NCBI GenBank assembly: GCA_016193315.1
Contig: JACPSJ010000001.1
Location: 284,446 to 348,445, forward strand
Direction: 5' to 3'
DNA from: Candidatus Kerfeldbacteria bacterium
GTDB taxonomy: Bacteria > Patescibacteriota > Patescibacteriia > SBBC01 > CAIJZX01
Length of the DNA: 64,000 nt
Below, piece after piece: positions 29,809 to 37,130 of this stretch. Position 1 is the stretch's first letter, and each line of letters starts with the position of its first letter. A model generated the notes under the pieces. It made no database searches. It was given only the letters and a program-made list of their open reading frames with translations, and was not told the origin of the DNA. The position numbers were made by a program, and so were the translations under genes.

Positions 29809-30288
29809 ATGAAAATGGTGTGGGTCGATAAGGGGCAGGTGGCGAAGCACTACCCCGACGCTCGGACCGAACTGTTGAAGGCGATGGGCGAGAAGTCGCT
29901 CAAGACGTATGCCAAATACGGCCTGGCGCCCGAAAGCATCCTCGGCACTACCGAACCATTGGCTATCGGCAAGATGATCAACGAGTGGAATCGTCACTTC
30001 CTGACTTCCGGGCCGGTAGTGGCGATGGTGCTCGAAGGTATTCACGCCATCGACAACGTCCGGATGATCACCGGCGACACCCTGCCGACCTTTGCCGAAC
30101 CGGGCAGTATCCGTGGCGACCTGGCGATTGATTCGCCGGCCTTGGCCAACAGCCAGAAGCGAGCCGTGCACAATCTGGTCCACGCCTCCGGTAACCTGGC
30201 TGAGGCGACCTATGAAATAGCGCTCTGGTTCAAACCAGCCGAGGTCCACGACTACAAGCGGGCCGATGAGGATGTGATGTTCGGCTAG
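29809..30288 (+). CDS. ndk: nucleoside diphosphate kinase, apparently 5'-truncated
   Basis: NLVHASGNLAEATYEIALWF, SIRGD and TSGPVVAMVLEG are NDK motifs. In-frame homology (NECLVGEIVQRFEQAGLKIVG) extends upstream of ATG 29809 to a TGA at 29743-29745. The conserved MxxERTFxxIKPDG region is not encoded. Confidence 0.7.
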   Translation: MKMVWVDKGQVAKHYPDARTELLKAMGEKSLKTYAKYGLAPESILGTTEPLAIGKMINEWNRHFLTSGPVVAMVLEGIHAIDNVRMITGDTLPTFAEPGSIRGDLAIDSPALANSQKRAVHNLVHASGNLAEATYEIALWFKPAEVHDYKRADEDVMFG

Positions 30289-30290
30289 GA

Positions 30291-30382
30291 CCACCCCCGA
30301 CCCCTCCCTGTCGCTCACGCCACGCGCCCTCCCCTCAACTGAGGGGACGGCTGTCCGTAGGACTGGGAGGGGTCGGGGGTGG
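30291..30382. repeat. 92-bp GC-rich palindromic element (18-bp perfect inverted repeats) with internal CCCCTC/GAGGGG hairpin
   Basis: CCACCCCCGACCCCTCCC (30291-30308) pairs with GGGAGGGGTCGGGGGTGG (30365-30382). Begins 3 nt after the ndk stop. No T-tract. Confidence 0.4.
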
Positions 30383-30399
30383 GGTGGCGTATCCCTGGC

Positions 30400-30427
30400 T
30401 TGACGACTTGAGTACAGGCGCTATACT
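30400..30427 (+). promoter_or_regulatory. promoter TTGACG-N16-TATACT
   Basis: Near-consensus boxes about 80 nt upstream of the small membrane-protein gene at 30508. Confidence 0.4.
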
Positions 30428-30507
30428 GCTTTTCCTCCTGATCGAGCTGCGGCACAGCATTCCGCCCTTTCACAACCAGCCTGATCAACCTAAGCCATAC
30501 CAAGGCT

Positions 30508-30723
30508 ATGACCATCCATTTGGAATTGGTCACCGCCCCGTACCTTGCACCGCTGCAGGCCTTCGTCACCCAGTACGGCCTGATGGTCCTCGGAGCGTTA
30601 CTGCTCCTCGGCGCCTTCAGCGGTCGACGAATCGGTCCGCTGGCACTCATCACCTTGGTTCTCGGCCTGGGTTTGGTCGTGGCGGGTGCGGCGCACCTTT
30701 TCGTCCCCTTGGTGGGGCGCTGA
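30508..30723 (+). CDS. small two-TM membrane protein
   Basis: 71 aa with two hydrophobic helices. Own promoter upstream and an intrinsic terminator immediately downstream. Confidence 0.5.
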   Translation: MTIHLELVTAPYLAPLQAFVTQYGLMVLGALLLLGAFSGRRIGPLALITLVLGLGLVVAGAAHLFVPLVGR

Positions 30724-30729
30724 TCGATC

Positions 30730-30763
30730 GAAGTCCATGGCCTAGGCCGCGGACTTCTTTTTT
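30730..30763 (+). terminator. Rho-independent terminator
   Basis: GAAGTCC-(loop containing GGCCTAGGCC)-GGACTTC followed by TTTTTT. Confidence 0.6.
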
Positions 30764-30854
30764 CCATTATCCGGAAAATCCCCGGCTTGCCTAAAAAATT
30801 GTCTTGACGTAGAGTAGGCACGATTTCGCCCTTTACCATTCGGAGGGATTCGCC

Positions 30855-31448
30855 ATGATGCCTGTCCGATCAACCTTTGCCGTTGCGGACGGCAGTTTCT
30901 TTGTGGCCGAGTTTTGCGGAAAGTACCGCCATCCGCCATTGCTGGCTCGGAGGTTCGTCGGAGAGATGATGTCGGTTGCCCATGCTATCGATGAGCTCGA
31001 TCGGCCTTACGACGAGCGTCAGGGGTTAGTCCAGTTGCTTGATACGCTGACCGCGCTCCACGTCCACGATGGGATTTTCCTCCAGCGTAGTCTGCTGATG
31101 ATGAGCCTGTCTTTCGTCTTCATCGTCCAGCCATACGTGGTGTGGGGGTCACTGCAACTCGGTCAGCGGTTGGCCATGACGCGCCTGGGCGTTATTGGCC
31201 TGTCCGGTATCCTGACGGGCATGATACTCATGGGACTGCAAATGCTTTTCATGGCGGCCATCCGCCGCGGCCCGGCATACCGTCAACCGCGCCAATCGAT
31301 CTGTCACCAAGCGGCCGAACGATACCAGGCCGAGCCAGGCCTACTGACCACCGACCTGGAACTGCTAGCTGGACATTGTGCGGTCCCGGCCAACGTCTAT
31401 CGTCCGCTGCTCGAAGCCGCCCTGACCAGTCCGAAAGCTATCGCCTAG
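30855..31448 (+). CDS. hypothetical membrane-associated protein
   Basis: 197-aa ORF with GGAGGG RBS 8 nt upstream. Central hydrophobic helices. No family recognised. Confidence 0.45.
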   Translation: MMPVRSTFAVADGSFFVAEFCGKYRHPPLLARRFVGEMMSVAHAIDELDRPYDERQGLVQLLDTLTALHVHDGIFLQRSLLMMSLSFVFIVQPYVVWGSLQLGQRLAMTRLGVIGLSGILTGMILMGLQMLFMAAIRRGPAYRQPRQSICHQAAERYQAEPGLLTTDLELLAGHCAVPANVYRPLLEAALTSPKAIA

Positions 31449-31997
31449 GCTGGTTTTTTCTTGCCAAAAGCGAAGCCGCAGAGTACGCTGAAGCCGCCCC
31501 ATCCCTCATCGTTGTTCGATACATCTGTCCTTGGAGCGCTGAATCCCCCCGGCTCGTGGGCCGAGGGTCTGGCGCAACCGGCGGCCAAAAAGCTGCGGCA
31601 GGACGCTCAAGTGCTCCTTCGCGAAGTACTGGAGTTGTCCGACAGCAGCCCTCGTCATTCGTAACGGCGAGGAATCAGGCCCGCTTACCATGAGTTGAGG
31701 ACACGGTGAGGATGGGGTTCGAGCGGCATCCGGTCGTACGACCGGATAGCGAGCAAACTGCTTTGCTCGCGGCCGCGAGAACGGGCGAGCCGATGCTTCG
31801 AGCGGAGCGAGGAGCCGGATCGCCCAGGGGAAATTGCCAAAATATCAGAAAAATATTTCTAATGGAGCATGGTGCCTCCGTAAAATCCTGCTGTCCCGGG
31901 ATCACGGGGCAGGCAGTTGGCAGCCCCGCGCAACAACTCGCAAGCTCGCGGTCTGTGGGGTAAACGCGCATATTGATAAAACATCGTCAGCTCGGGT

Positions 31998-32070
31998 CGG
32001 GGTGTGGCGCAGCTGGTAGCGCGCTTGCATGGGGTGCAAGAGGCCGTGGGTTCAAATCCCGCCACCCCGA
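31998..32070 (+). tRNA. tRNA-Pro (anticodon GGG)
   Basis: Cloverleaf read by eye. Acceptor CGGGGTG/CACCCCG, D-arm GCGC-AGCTGGTA-GCGC, anticodon arm CTTGC-ATGGGGT-GCAAG, T-arm GTGGG-TTCAAAT-CCCGC, discriminator A. CCA not encoded. Confidence 0.8.
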
Positions 32071-32108
32071 CCCGAGCTGGTAGCGCATGCATGGGGGTCG
32101 AGGCCGCA
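32071..32108 (+). pseudogene. degenerate partial copy of the tRNA-Pro D-arm/anticodon-arm region
   Basis: GAGCTGGTAGCGC-ATGCATGGGGGT-CGAGGCCG parallels tRNA positions about 14-48 (AGCTGGTAGCGC / TGCATGGGG / GAGGCCG). No T-arm or acceptor. Confidence 0.3.
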
Positions 32109-32446
32109 ACGCGAAGCGCATGTTTCGACGCCGAGTTTGACGAGGCGAGGAACGGCGAGGCCCCGGACCGAGGCGGGCTTGCGAGACGAGAGGCAACAAA
32201 CCGCTTTCTTCCGACCGGCGAGATGGGTGACGCGATTCCCCAACCCGATCGTGGGCGCGACACCCCGGAGCTGAAGATCCCGGGTTTCCGGCAAAGCTGG
32301 ATCCGGCTCGGCCGGACAAATCCCGGTACCCCGACCATTGGGAACAATGCGTCTAACACTTCTCGTTAGTGTCGCGATAGTCATCGGGCTCTATATTCTT
32401 ATCGGCCCGCCTCGGCGGTCATACGGCCGACCGAACCTACGCCGGC

Positions 32447-32842
32447 GTGGTACAAGACTGCAGTACCTCGAAGCCCGTGGCCGCGGAGGTGCAAATCTCC
32501 GGGACCGAACGACGTTTTAACTGGCGCATCTTTCCCTTCCCGATCTGGGATTTTCCGGTTGGCGCAGAGACGGCAACTGACAACCAGGGCAGATTCTCAG
32601 CCCGGCTGAAGGTAACTGACGAAACTGCTACACTCCACGCGCGGAAAGATGGATATCTTGCCGCTGAACAGGTTGATACAGCAGGAACCAACATTGTCAT
32701 TGGCCGGTTAAAGAAAACCACCGCCCATAAACCGGCCGAGTTTACGACCCGCTGCAAACTCAGCAGTGAGTGTCTTGTAACCACCACCGAGACCGATGCT
32801 CAGGGACGGGCCATCCAGGTGACAAAAAACGTTTGTCAGTAG
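32447..32842 (+). CDS. CarboxypepD_reg-like beta-sandwich domain protein, probably frameshifted from an upstream TM-anchor ORF (32347-32415)
   Basis: Motifs FPVGAETATDNQGRFSARL...KDGYLAAEQVDTAGTNIVIGRL match carboxypeptidase-regulatory-like domains. The only start is GTG. A +1 frame upstream encodes MRLTLLVSVAIVIGLYILIGPP and then Arg-rich nonsense. Confidence 0.35.
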   Translation: MVQDCSTSKPVAAEVQISGTERRFNWRIFPFPIWDFPVGAETATDNQGRFSARLKVTDETATLHARKDGYLAAEQVDTAGTNIVIGRLKKTTAHKPAEFTTRCKLSSECLVTTTETDAQGRAIQVTKNVCQ

Positions 32843-32944
32843 TTTGACGAATACTGATTATCCGCGGGATACGGAGCCGGCATTGACTCTTTAGCCCGGC
32901 GATGGTAGGCCAGGAGTGTAATTGTTGACCGGACGGATTCGAGA

Positions 32945-33451
32945 ATGTGGAGGGCAACCAACACGTTCTTTCAAGCATGGTGTGAGGAGGTGATGGAAAT
33001 GAAGCCCCAGGTAGAGTGGGCGTTCGGCACTTGGCCGGAGTTGACCAGATTCAACCCGCGATTCAGCGCGGAGGCGCCTAAGATCCTGCTGGAAGTGGTA
33101 ATCCCGAACGAAGCGCCTTACGCCACCGTCGGCGTGGCGCCACTGTTCCGTTGTTTGAGCCACCGTCGCCCATCCCTGAAGCGCATTCGCTGCGGGGCCG
33201 GGGACAGGAGCCTGCACCTGACCGGCGAACAGCTAGTCGACCTGGCGCACTTATTCGAACACTACCTGACCTGCGTTCTCGGGCGTCATCTGCCAGGCCC
33301 GCGGGTCAGCGGCGTAACGCTCGTACCGGTGCGCGACGGGCAACCTTTCAGGATCTACGTTGAGTGCTGGTCGAACCAGCAGCGTTCCCTGCGGCTCTTG
33401 GCCTTGGCTGGCGGGGAATTTCTCCAGACGCTCAATCAGTTAGCAGCTTGA
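32945..33451 (+). CDS. hypothetical protein
   Basis: 168-aa ORF. No family recognised. Start ambiguous (M1, M17 or M19). Confidence 0.35.
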   Translation: MWRATNTFFQAWCEEVMEMKPQVEWAFGTWPELTRFNPRFSAEAPKILLEVVIPNEAPYATVGVAPLFRCLSHRRPSLKRIRCGAGDRSLHLTGEQLVDLAHLFEHYLTCVLGRHLPGPRVSGVTLVPVRDGQPFRIYVECWSNQQRSLRLLALAGGEFLQTLNQLAA

Positions 33452-33465
33452 CGGCACGATACTGA

Positions 33466-33822
33466 TTGGGCGTTTTTTCTTGTCCGACGATGAAGTCGCC
33501 AGGCGAGGTGCCCCTGACACAGTTTGCAAGTTGCCAGAATTGCGCTAGGCTGGTAGCAGAGATAACCACTGCGCTCATGCCCGAAACCATGGACGAGCAA
33601 GAACAAGCCTTGGCCGATCAACTCTCCTTTGACGCCGAGGAACTACACCGTATCGACCATGAATTAGAAGTGCACGACGTGCCACCTGAACGACGGGCGG
33701 ACGTGCACGACAAACTTTCGCTGCCAAGTACGGTTGGCTACGACGACCGACGGTTTTCCATCACCCGCAATCTCCACCATGGCTGGAACCTGGAGTGGCA
33801 CGATCAGCGTCGGGCGGCGTAA
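33466..33822 (+). CDS. hypothetical acidic protein
   Basis: 118-aa ORF, Glu/Asp-rich middle, CQNCARL motif. No family recognised. Confidence 0.35.
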   Translation: MGVFSCPTMKSPGEVPLTQFASCQNCARLVAEITTALMPETMDEQEQALADQLSFDAEELHRIDHELEVHDVPPERRADVHDKLSLPSTVGYDDRRFSITRNLHHGWNLEWHDQRRAA

Positions 33823-33825
33823 GAG

Positions 33826-33850
33826 AAAAACCTCCAGCTGGTGCGGGAGG
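33826..33850 (-). terminator. intrinsic terminator for the minus-strand 183-aa gene
   Basis: CCTCC-AGCTGGTGCG-GGAGG stem followed on the minus strand by a T-run (plus strand AAAAA at 33826-33830). Confidence 0.4.
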
Positions 33851-33866
33851 ATTGACGACGAAAGGG

Positions 33867-34418
33867 CTAATACTTACCGACGTACCGCAGCAGCGGCTCG
33901 CCGTCGACAATGACTACCTCGTAGTTGTGTTGTCGGAGTGATTGGCGTCGCTCTTCAGCTTCGGCTAGGACCCGCTGGTGCTGAACGAAGAACTGATGAT
34001 GGGCGGCGAGCTCCTGGAGTTCAGACCGATTCGACTGCCGCGATGCGACGCTGGCCGAGCGCTCGCGGCGATGGGCCGGCCGACCACGCTTCCTAGCTTG
34101 GTGCGGCCGGGACTTGGTCTTCGCGGCTTGGGAGGCCCGCTGTTGGCCCGTTTGGCCTTCAATCGAGAATGGGCGCCGCACGACCGACGTTACGTTCGGC
34201 CCACGATGACCACGCTTGGGTTTGGGCCGTCGCAACAGGCCTTTCGAGAGCAGGCCTTGGTAGCGCGACATGCCCTTGTCCCCGAACTGGGCGGTCAGCT
34301 GGGCGGTCAGATTTCGAACATCGAACTGCCGAGCTTTGCCGGTCCGGTCCAGCGACAGCAGGAAACGATAGGTCTTCGCTTGGACGAGAGTTAGGACCAA
34401 AGATCCGGATTGAGCCAT
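33867..34418 (-). CDS. putative winged-helix protein with conserved C-terminal HHQFF...GEPLLR domain (short paralog)
   Basis: GGAGGTGA RBS. N-terminus LVLTLVQAKTYRFLLSLD...KGLLRR has a wHTH-like pattern. Basic linker. The C-terminal 50 aa are shared with the 34553-36271 product. Confidence 0.55.
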   Translation of the reverse strand: MAQSGSLVLTLVQAKTYRFLLSLDRTGKARQFDVRNLTAQLTAQFGDKGMSRYQGLLSKGLLRRPKPKRGHRGPNVTSVVRRPFSIEGQTGQQRASQAAKTKSRPHQARKRGRPAHRRERSASVASRQSNRSELQELAAHHQFFVQHQRVLAEAEERRQSLRQHNYEVVIVDGEPLLRYVGKY

Positions 34419-34504
34419 AGTTCACCTCCAAAGAGCAGGGAGAAATTGGCCACCGTGGACAGCCAAACCCTAGCCGAACCGCCCTGACCTTGTCAACGGA
34501 GTCT

Positions 34505-34535
34505 AAAAAAAGCGACCAGCCTTGACAGCTGGTCG
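34505..34535 (-). terminator. Rho-independent terminator (minus strand) for the 572-aa gene
   Basis: CGACCAGC-TGTCAAG-GCTGGTCG hairpin followed on the minus strand by TTTTTTT (plus-strand A7 at 34505-34511). Confidence 0.55.
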
Positions 34536-34552
34536 GGGGACAGGAAACGTGG

Positions 34553-36271
34553 TTATCGCTTCCGGCGACGAAGGAGCGGTTCGCCCTCAACGGATACGAT
34601 CTCCCAGCCGAGTGCCCGCAGCACGGCGGCATGAGCGTCCCGCTCGGTCAGGAGGCGCTCCGCAGCCTCGAGTTCAGTCTGTCGCTCGATGAAGAATTGA
34701 TGGTGGGCAGAAGCGGCAGATGGGCTCGAGGGTTGGTCGGCCGTGGGACTGGGCTTCGAATCACTGGCCATGGGTCCTTGAGTCTGTCCTGGTCGAGTGG
34801 ACGGGGCGGGCGATCGAGTTGTGGTCCCGCCTGTGGCCGGAGTTGGGACTCCCGACCTGGCTTGCAGGTCGTTTGGCCGGTTGGTATCGGTTGACGGTCG
34901 GGCAGCTTGGCTCGCCCGATCGGACTTTGGTAGTCGCAGTGGAATCGGGTCAGCCCGGACTCCTGAGGATGTGGATTCAACGGTGGTGTAGCCTACCCGC
35001 CGGACGAACTTCCGGCCGTCCCGGTCGACGATCAACCCCTTCCCGACCAGCGGCGTATAGCGATTCGAACCGCTGGTGTCAGTGAACCGCCGGCCGAGCT
35101 TGGTGGTTATCCCATCTAGCGGGAATTCGTCGCCTTCTGCCGGTCCGAGGCCGAGCAGGTAATCATAGGATTCGGCCTGCTTTGACGTCAGGGTCACTAC
35201 CGCACGTTGTTGTGAAGGAGGCGCTGGTGGAGACGCCGGTCGTGTGTTAGACAGAGCCGTCTGCGCCCGGGCAGGAGGCGGAGCGACAACAGGTGCTGGC
35301 GACCGCTCCCCCGTTGCTGGAGTTGCGAGGAGGGCCTGAATTTCCTTCGCCAGCCGTGGTAAATCCTGACCAGCCTTCGGGCTCGCCAGAAGCTCCTGTT
35401 CTTGAATTCCTGCGTAGAAGGTCACGACTACCAGATTCTGGCGGGTCGAGACCGTGGGTATCCGAGGAGCTAAGTCGTCAGTCCGCTCGGCGAAACGATG
35501 CATCCGTACATATTGTACACTGGGGTGAACGGCGATCCGGGCCGCAACTTCTTGAGCGCCGGGAATCGGGCTGAAGTCCATAGCTATTCGCCGGCCGTCG
35601 AGGATCGGTGTATCGAGCGGCTGATCGTCTCGACGCAAGACTGACCCCTCGGCGTTTCTTTCTCCGCGTTGGACTAGGCTTGTTACTCCCGACCGGATTC
35701 GGCCGAGCGCACCCCGGTCCTTCGGCGCGATCGTGATGATCTGTCTCTGGCCGGCCGCGGTGACGATGACTTCGATGTTTCCGCTCCGCTCTTTCCAAGT
35801 TGATGGCCCTGATTCTTGAGTCGCCGGAGTTGGCTCCTGCTGCTCGACGTACTGGACGCCCGGGATCTCCGCCAGCTGTTCGGCTAGGCGCTGCGCTCCC
35901 GGGATCCACTTGGCGACATCGCCATATACTTCGGCTGCCGTGGACATGGATTCCTCCTGGTCTGCTCCCTGGGGCGCTCGACCATTGGTAGTTGGGGGCG
36001 AAGCGAGCGCATGCGCGATCGCTGGTTTAAGGTCAGCTGGACTAACAAACGGTTGTGGCACGACGAACAAGAACTGCAGTTCACTGCCGCGACGATAACG
36101 GACCAAGAGTTCGGTGCGGAGAGGTACGAGTTGCGGTTCAGGCCGTGTGTCCTTGACCGTCGCCGTCGTGCCCTGGCGAACACACTCCACACCGGGTAGA
36201 TTATTCAGGAGACGGGCGACCTCTTCGGCCCCGTCTACCCACCGAAACATCGGATTTGGTAGGACGGGCAT
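34553..36271 (-). CDS. 572-aa protein: three tandem ~95-aa PGAxxVAxxLxxxPGVxYV repeats, Pro-rich linker, wHTH-like domain and C-terminal HHQFF...GEPLLR domain (long paralog)
   Basis: AAGGAG RBS. Internal repeats at about aa 8-75, 110-180 and 215-290. Segment VVTLTSKQAESYDYLLGL...GKGLIVDRDGRKFVRRVGY parallels the N-terminus of the 183-aa neighbour. Identical C-terminal motif. Confidence 0.6.
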   Translation of the reverse strand: MPVLPNPMFRWVDGAEEVARLLNNLPGVECVRQGTTATVKDTRPEPQLVPLRTELLVRYRRGSELQFLFVVPQPFVSPADLKPAIAHALASPPTTNGRAPQGADQEESMSTAAEVYGDVAKWIPGAQRLAEQLAEIPGVQYVEQQEPTPATQESGPSTWKERSGNIEVIVTAAGQRQIITIAPKDRGALGRIRSGVTSLVQRGERNAEGSVLRRDDQPLDTPILDGRRIAMDFSPIPGAQEVAARIAVHPSVQYVRMHRFAERTDDLAPRIPTVSTRQNLVVVTFYAGIQEQELLASPKAGQDLPRLAKEIQALLATPATGERSPAPVVAPPPARAQTALSNTRPASPPAPPSQQRAVVTLTSKQAESYDYLLGLGPAEGDEFPLDGITTKLGRRFTDTSGSNRYTPLVGKGLIVDRDGRKFVRRVGYTTVESTSSGVRADPIPLRLPKSDRASQAARPSTDTNRPNDLQARSGVPTPATGGTTTRSPAPSTRPGQTQGPMASDSKPSPTADQPSSPSAASAHHQFFIERQTELEAAERLLTERDAHAAVLRALGWEIVSVEGEPLLRRRKR

Positions 36272-36583
36272 GGCTCGATCTCCTTCCGCACGGCGCGGAT
36301 TCGGGTCACACTTTTCAATGGGCAGATCTTCAGTCTAGCCGAGATGGCTGTGCTGTCAAGTAAGATGCCACTCAAATTATTTTGTGATTGATCGGAAATC
36401 TTGATAGACTTCCGATGTGTGACAGGGTGATACTGTCCGGCGCGGTGGCCAAACCGCGGGGGCGAATGTAGAACGTACCAGTTTAGGTTCATGGCCTGAC
36501 TGCGTTGTTCGCGTTACCTGATGGCTGGGATTTCGTTATACTATATGTAGGCCATAGATTCTAAGCTATGATTTCCCCAGGGC

Positions 36584-37123
36584 ATGGATGAATTGGCCAT
36601 CATCACGGCCTGCCAATGCGGCCAGCCGGAGCGGTTCGCCGCGTTGTACGACGCTTATGTCGACCGGATTTACGCCTTTCATTACTACCGCCTCGGCCAC
36701 CAACAAACGGCTGAGGATTTAACGAGCACCACCTTTCTAAAGGCCCTGGAGAGTATCACCACGTTTCATACTGGTTCGTTCTCAGCTTGGCTTTATCGGA
36801 TCGCTCGCAATACGCTAATTGATTTCTACCGCACCAGGCGACCGACCCTCGAGTTTAACGAGCAGTTCGACCGGCCAGCTCCTCATCACCCTGATCAGTC
36901 CGTCGACGCGACGTTAGCCATCGAGCGCATTCAGCGCTTTCTCCGCACGCTGACGGATGACCATCGCGAACTGGTCTTGATGCGCCTGTGGGATCAATTG
37001 CCGTTCGCCGAGATTGCGGCCATTACCGGCCGGAGCGAAGCCAGCTGCAAGATGGCCTTTTCCCGAACGATGGCTAAACTCCGTGCCGCTCTTGGCTCAA
37101 TCAGGCCGGTAGCGGCTGGCTAG
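36584..37123 (+). CDS. ECF-family RNA polymerase sigma factor
   Basis: Region 2 (TFLKALESITTFHTGSFSAWLYRIARNTLIDFYR) and region 4 (VLMRLWDQLPFAEIAAITGRSEASCKMAFSR). TATACT -10 at 36537-36542. Confidence 0.85.
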   Translation: MDELAIITACQCGQPERFAALYDAYVDRIYAFHYYRLGHQQTAEDLTSTTFLKALESITTFHTGSFSAWLYRIARNTLIDFYRTRRPTLEFNEQFDRPAPHHPDQSVDATLAIERIQRFLRTLTDDHRELVLMRLWDQLPFAEIAAITGRSEASCKMAFSRTMAKLRAALGSIRPVAAG

Positions 37124-37130
37124 ACCTTCC

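Noticed and set aside
31461-31664. 67-aa ORF after the membrane-protein gene
   Set aside because: No RBS, promoter or recognisable features, and composition like non-coding GC-rich DNA. Insufficient support.
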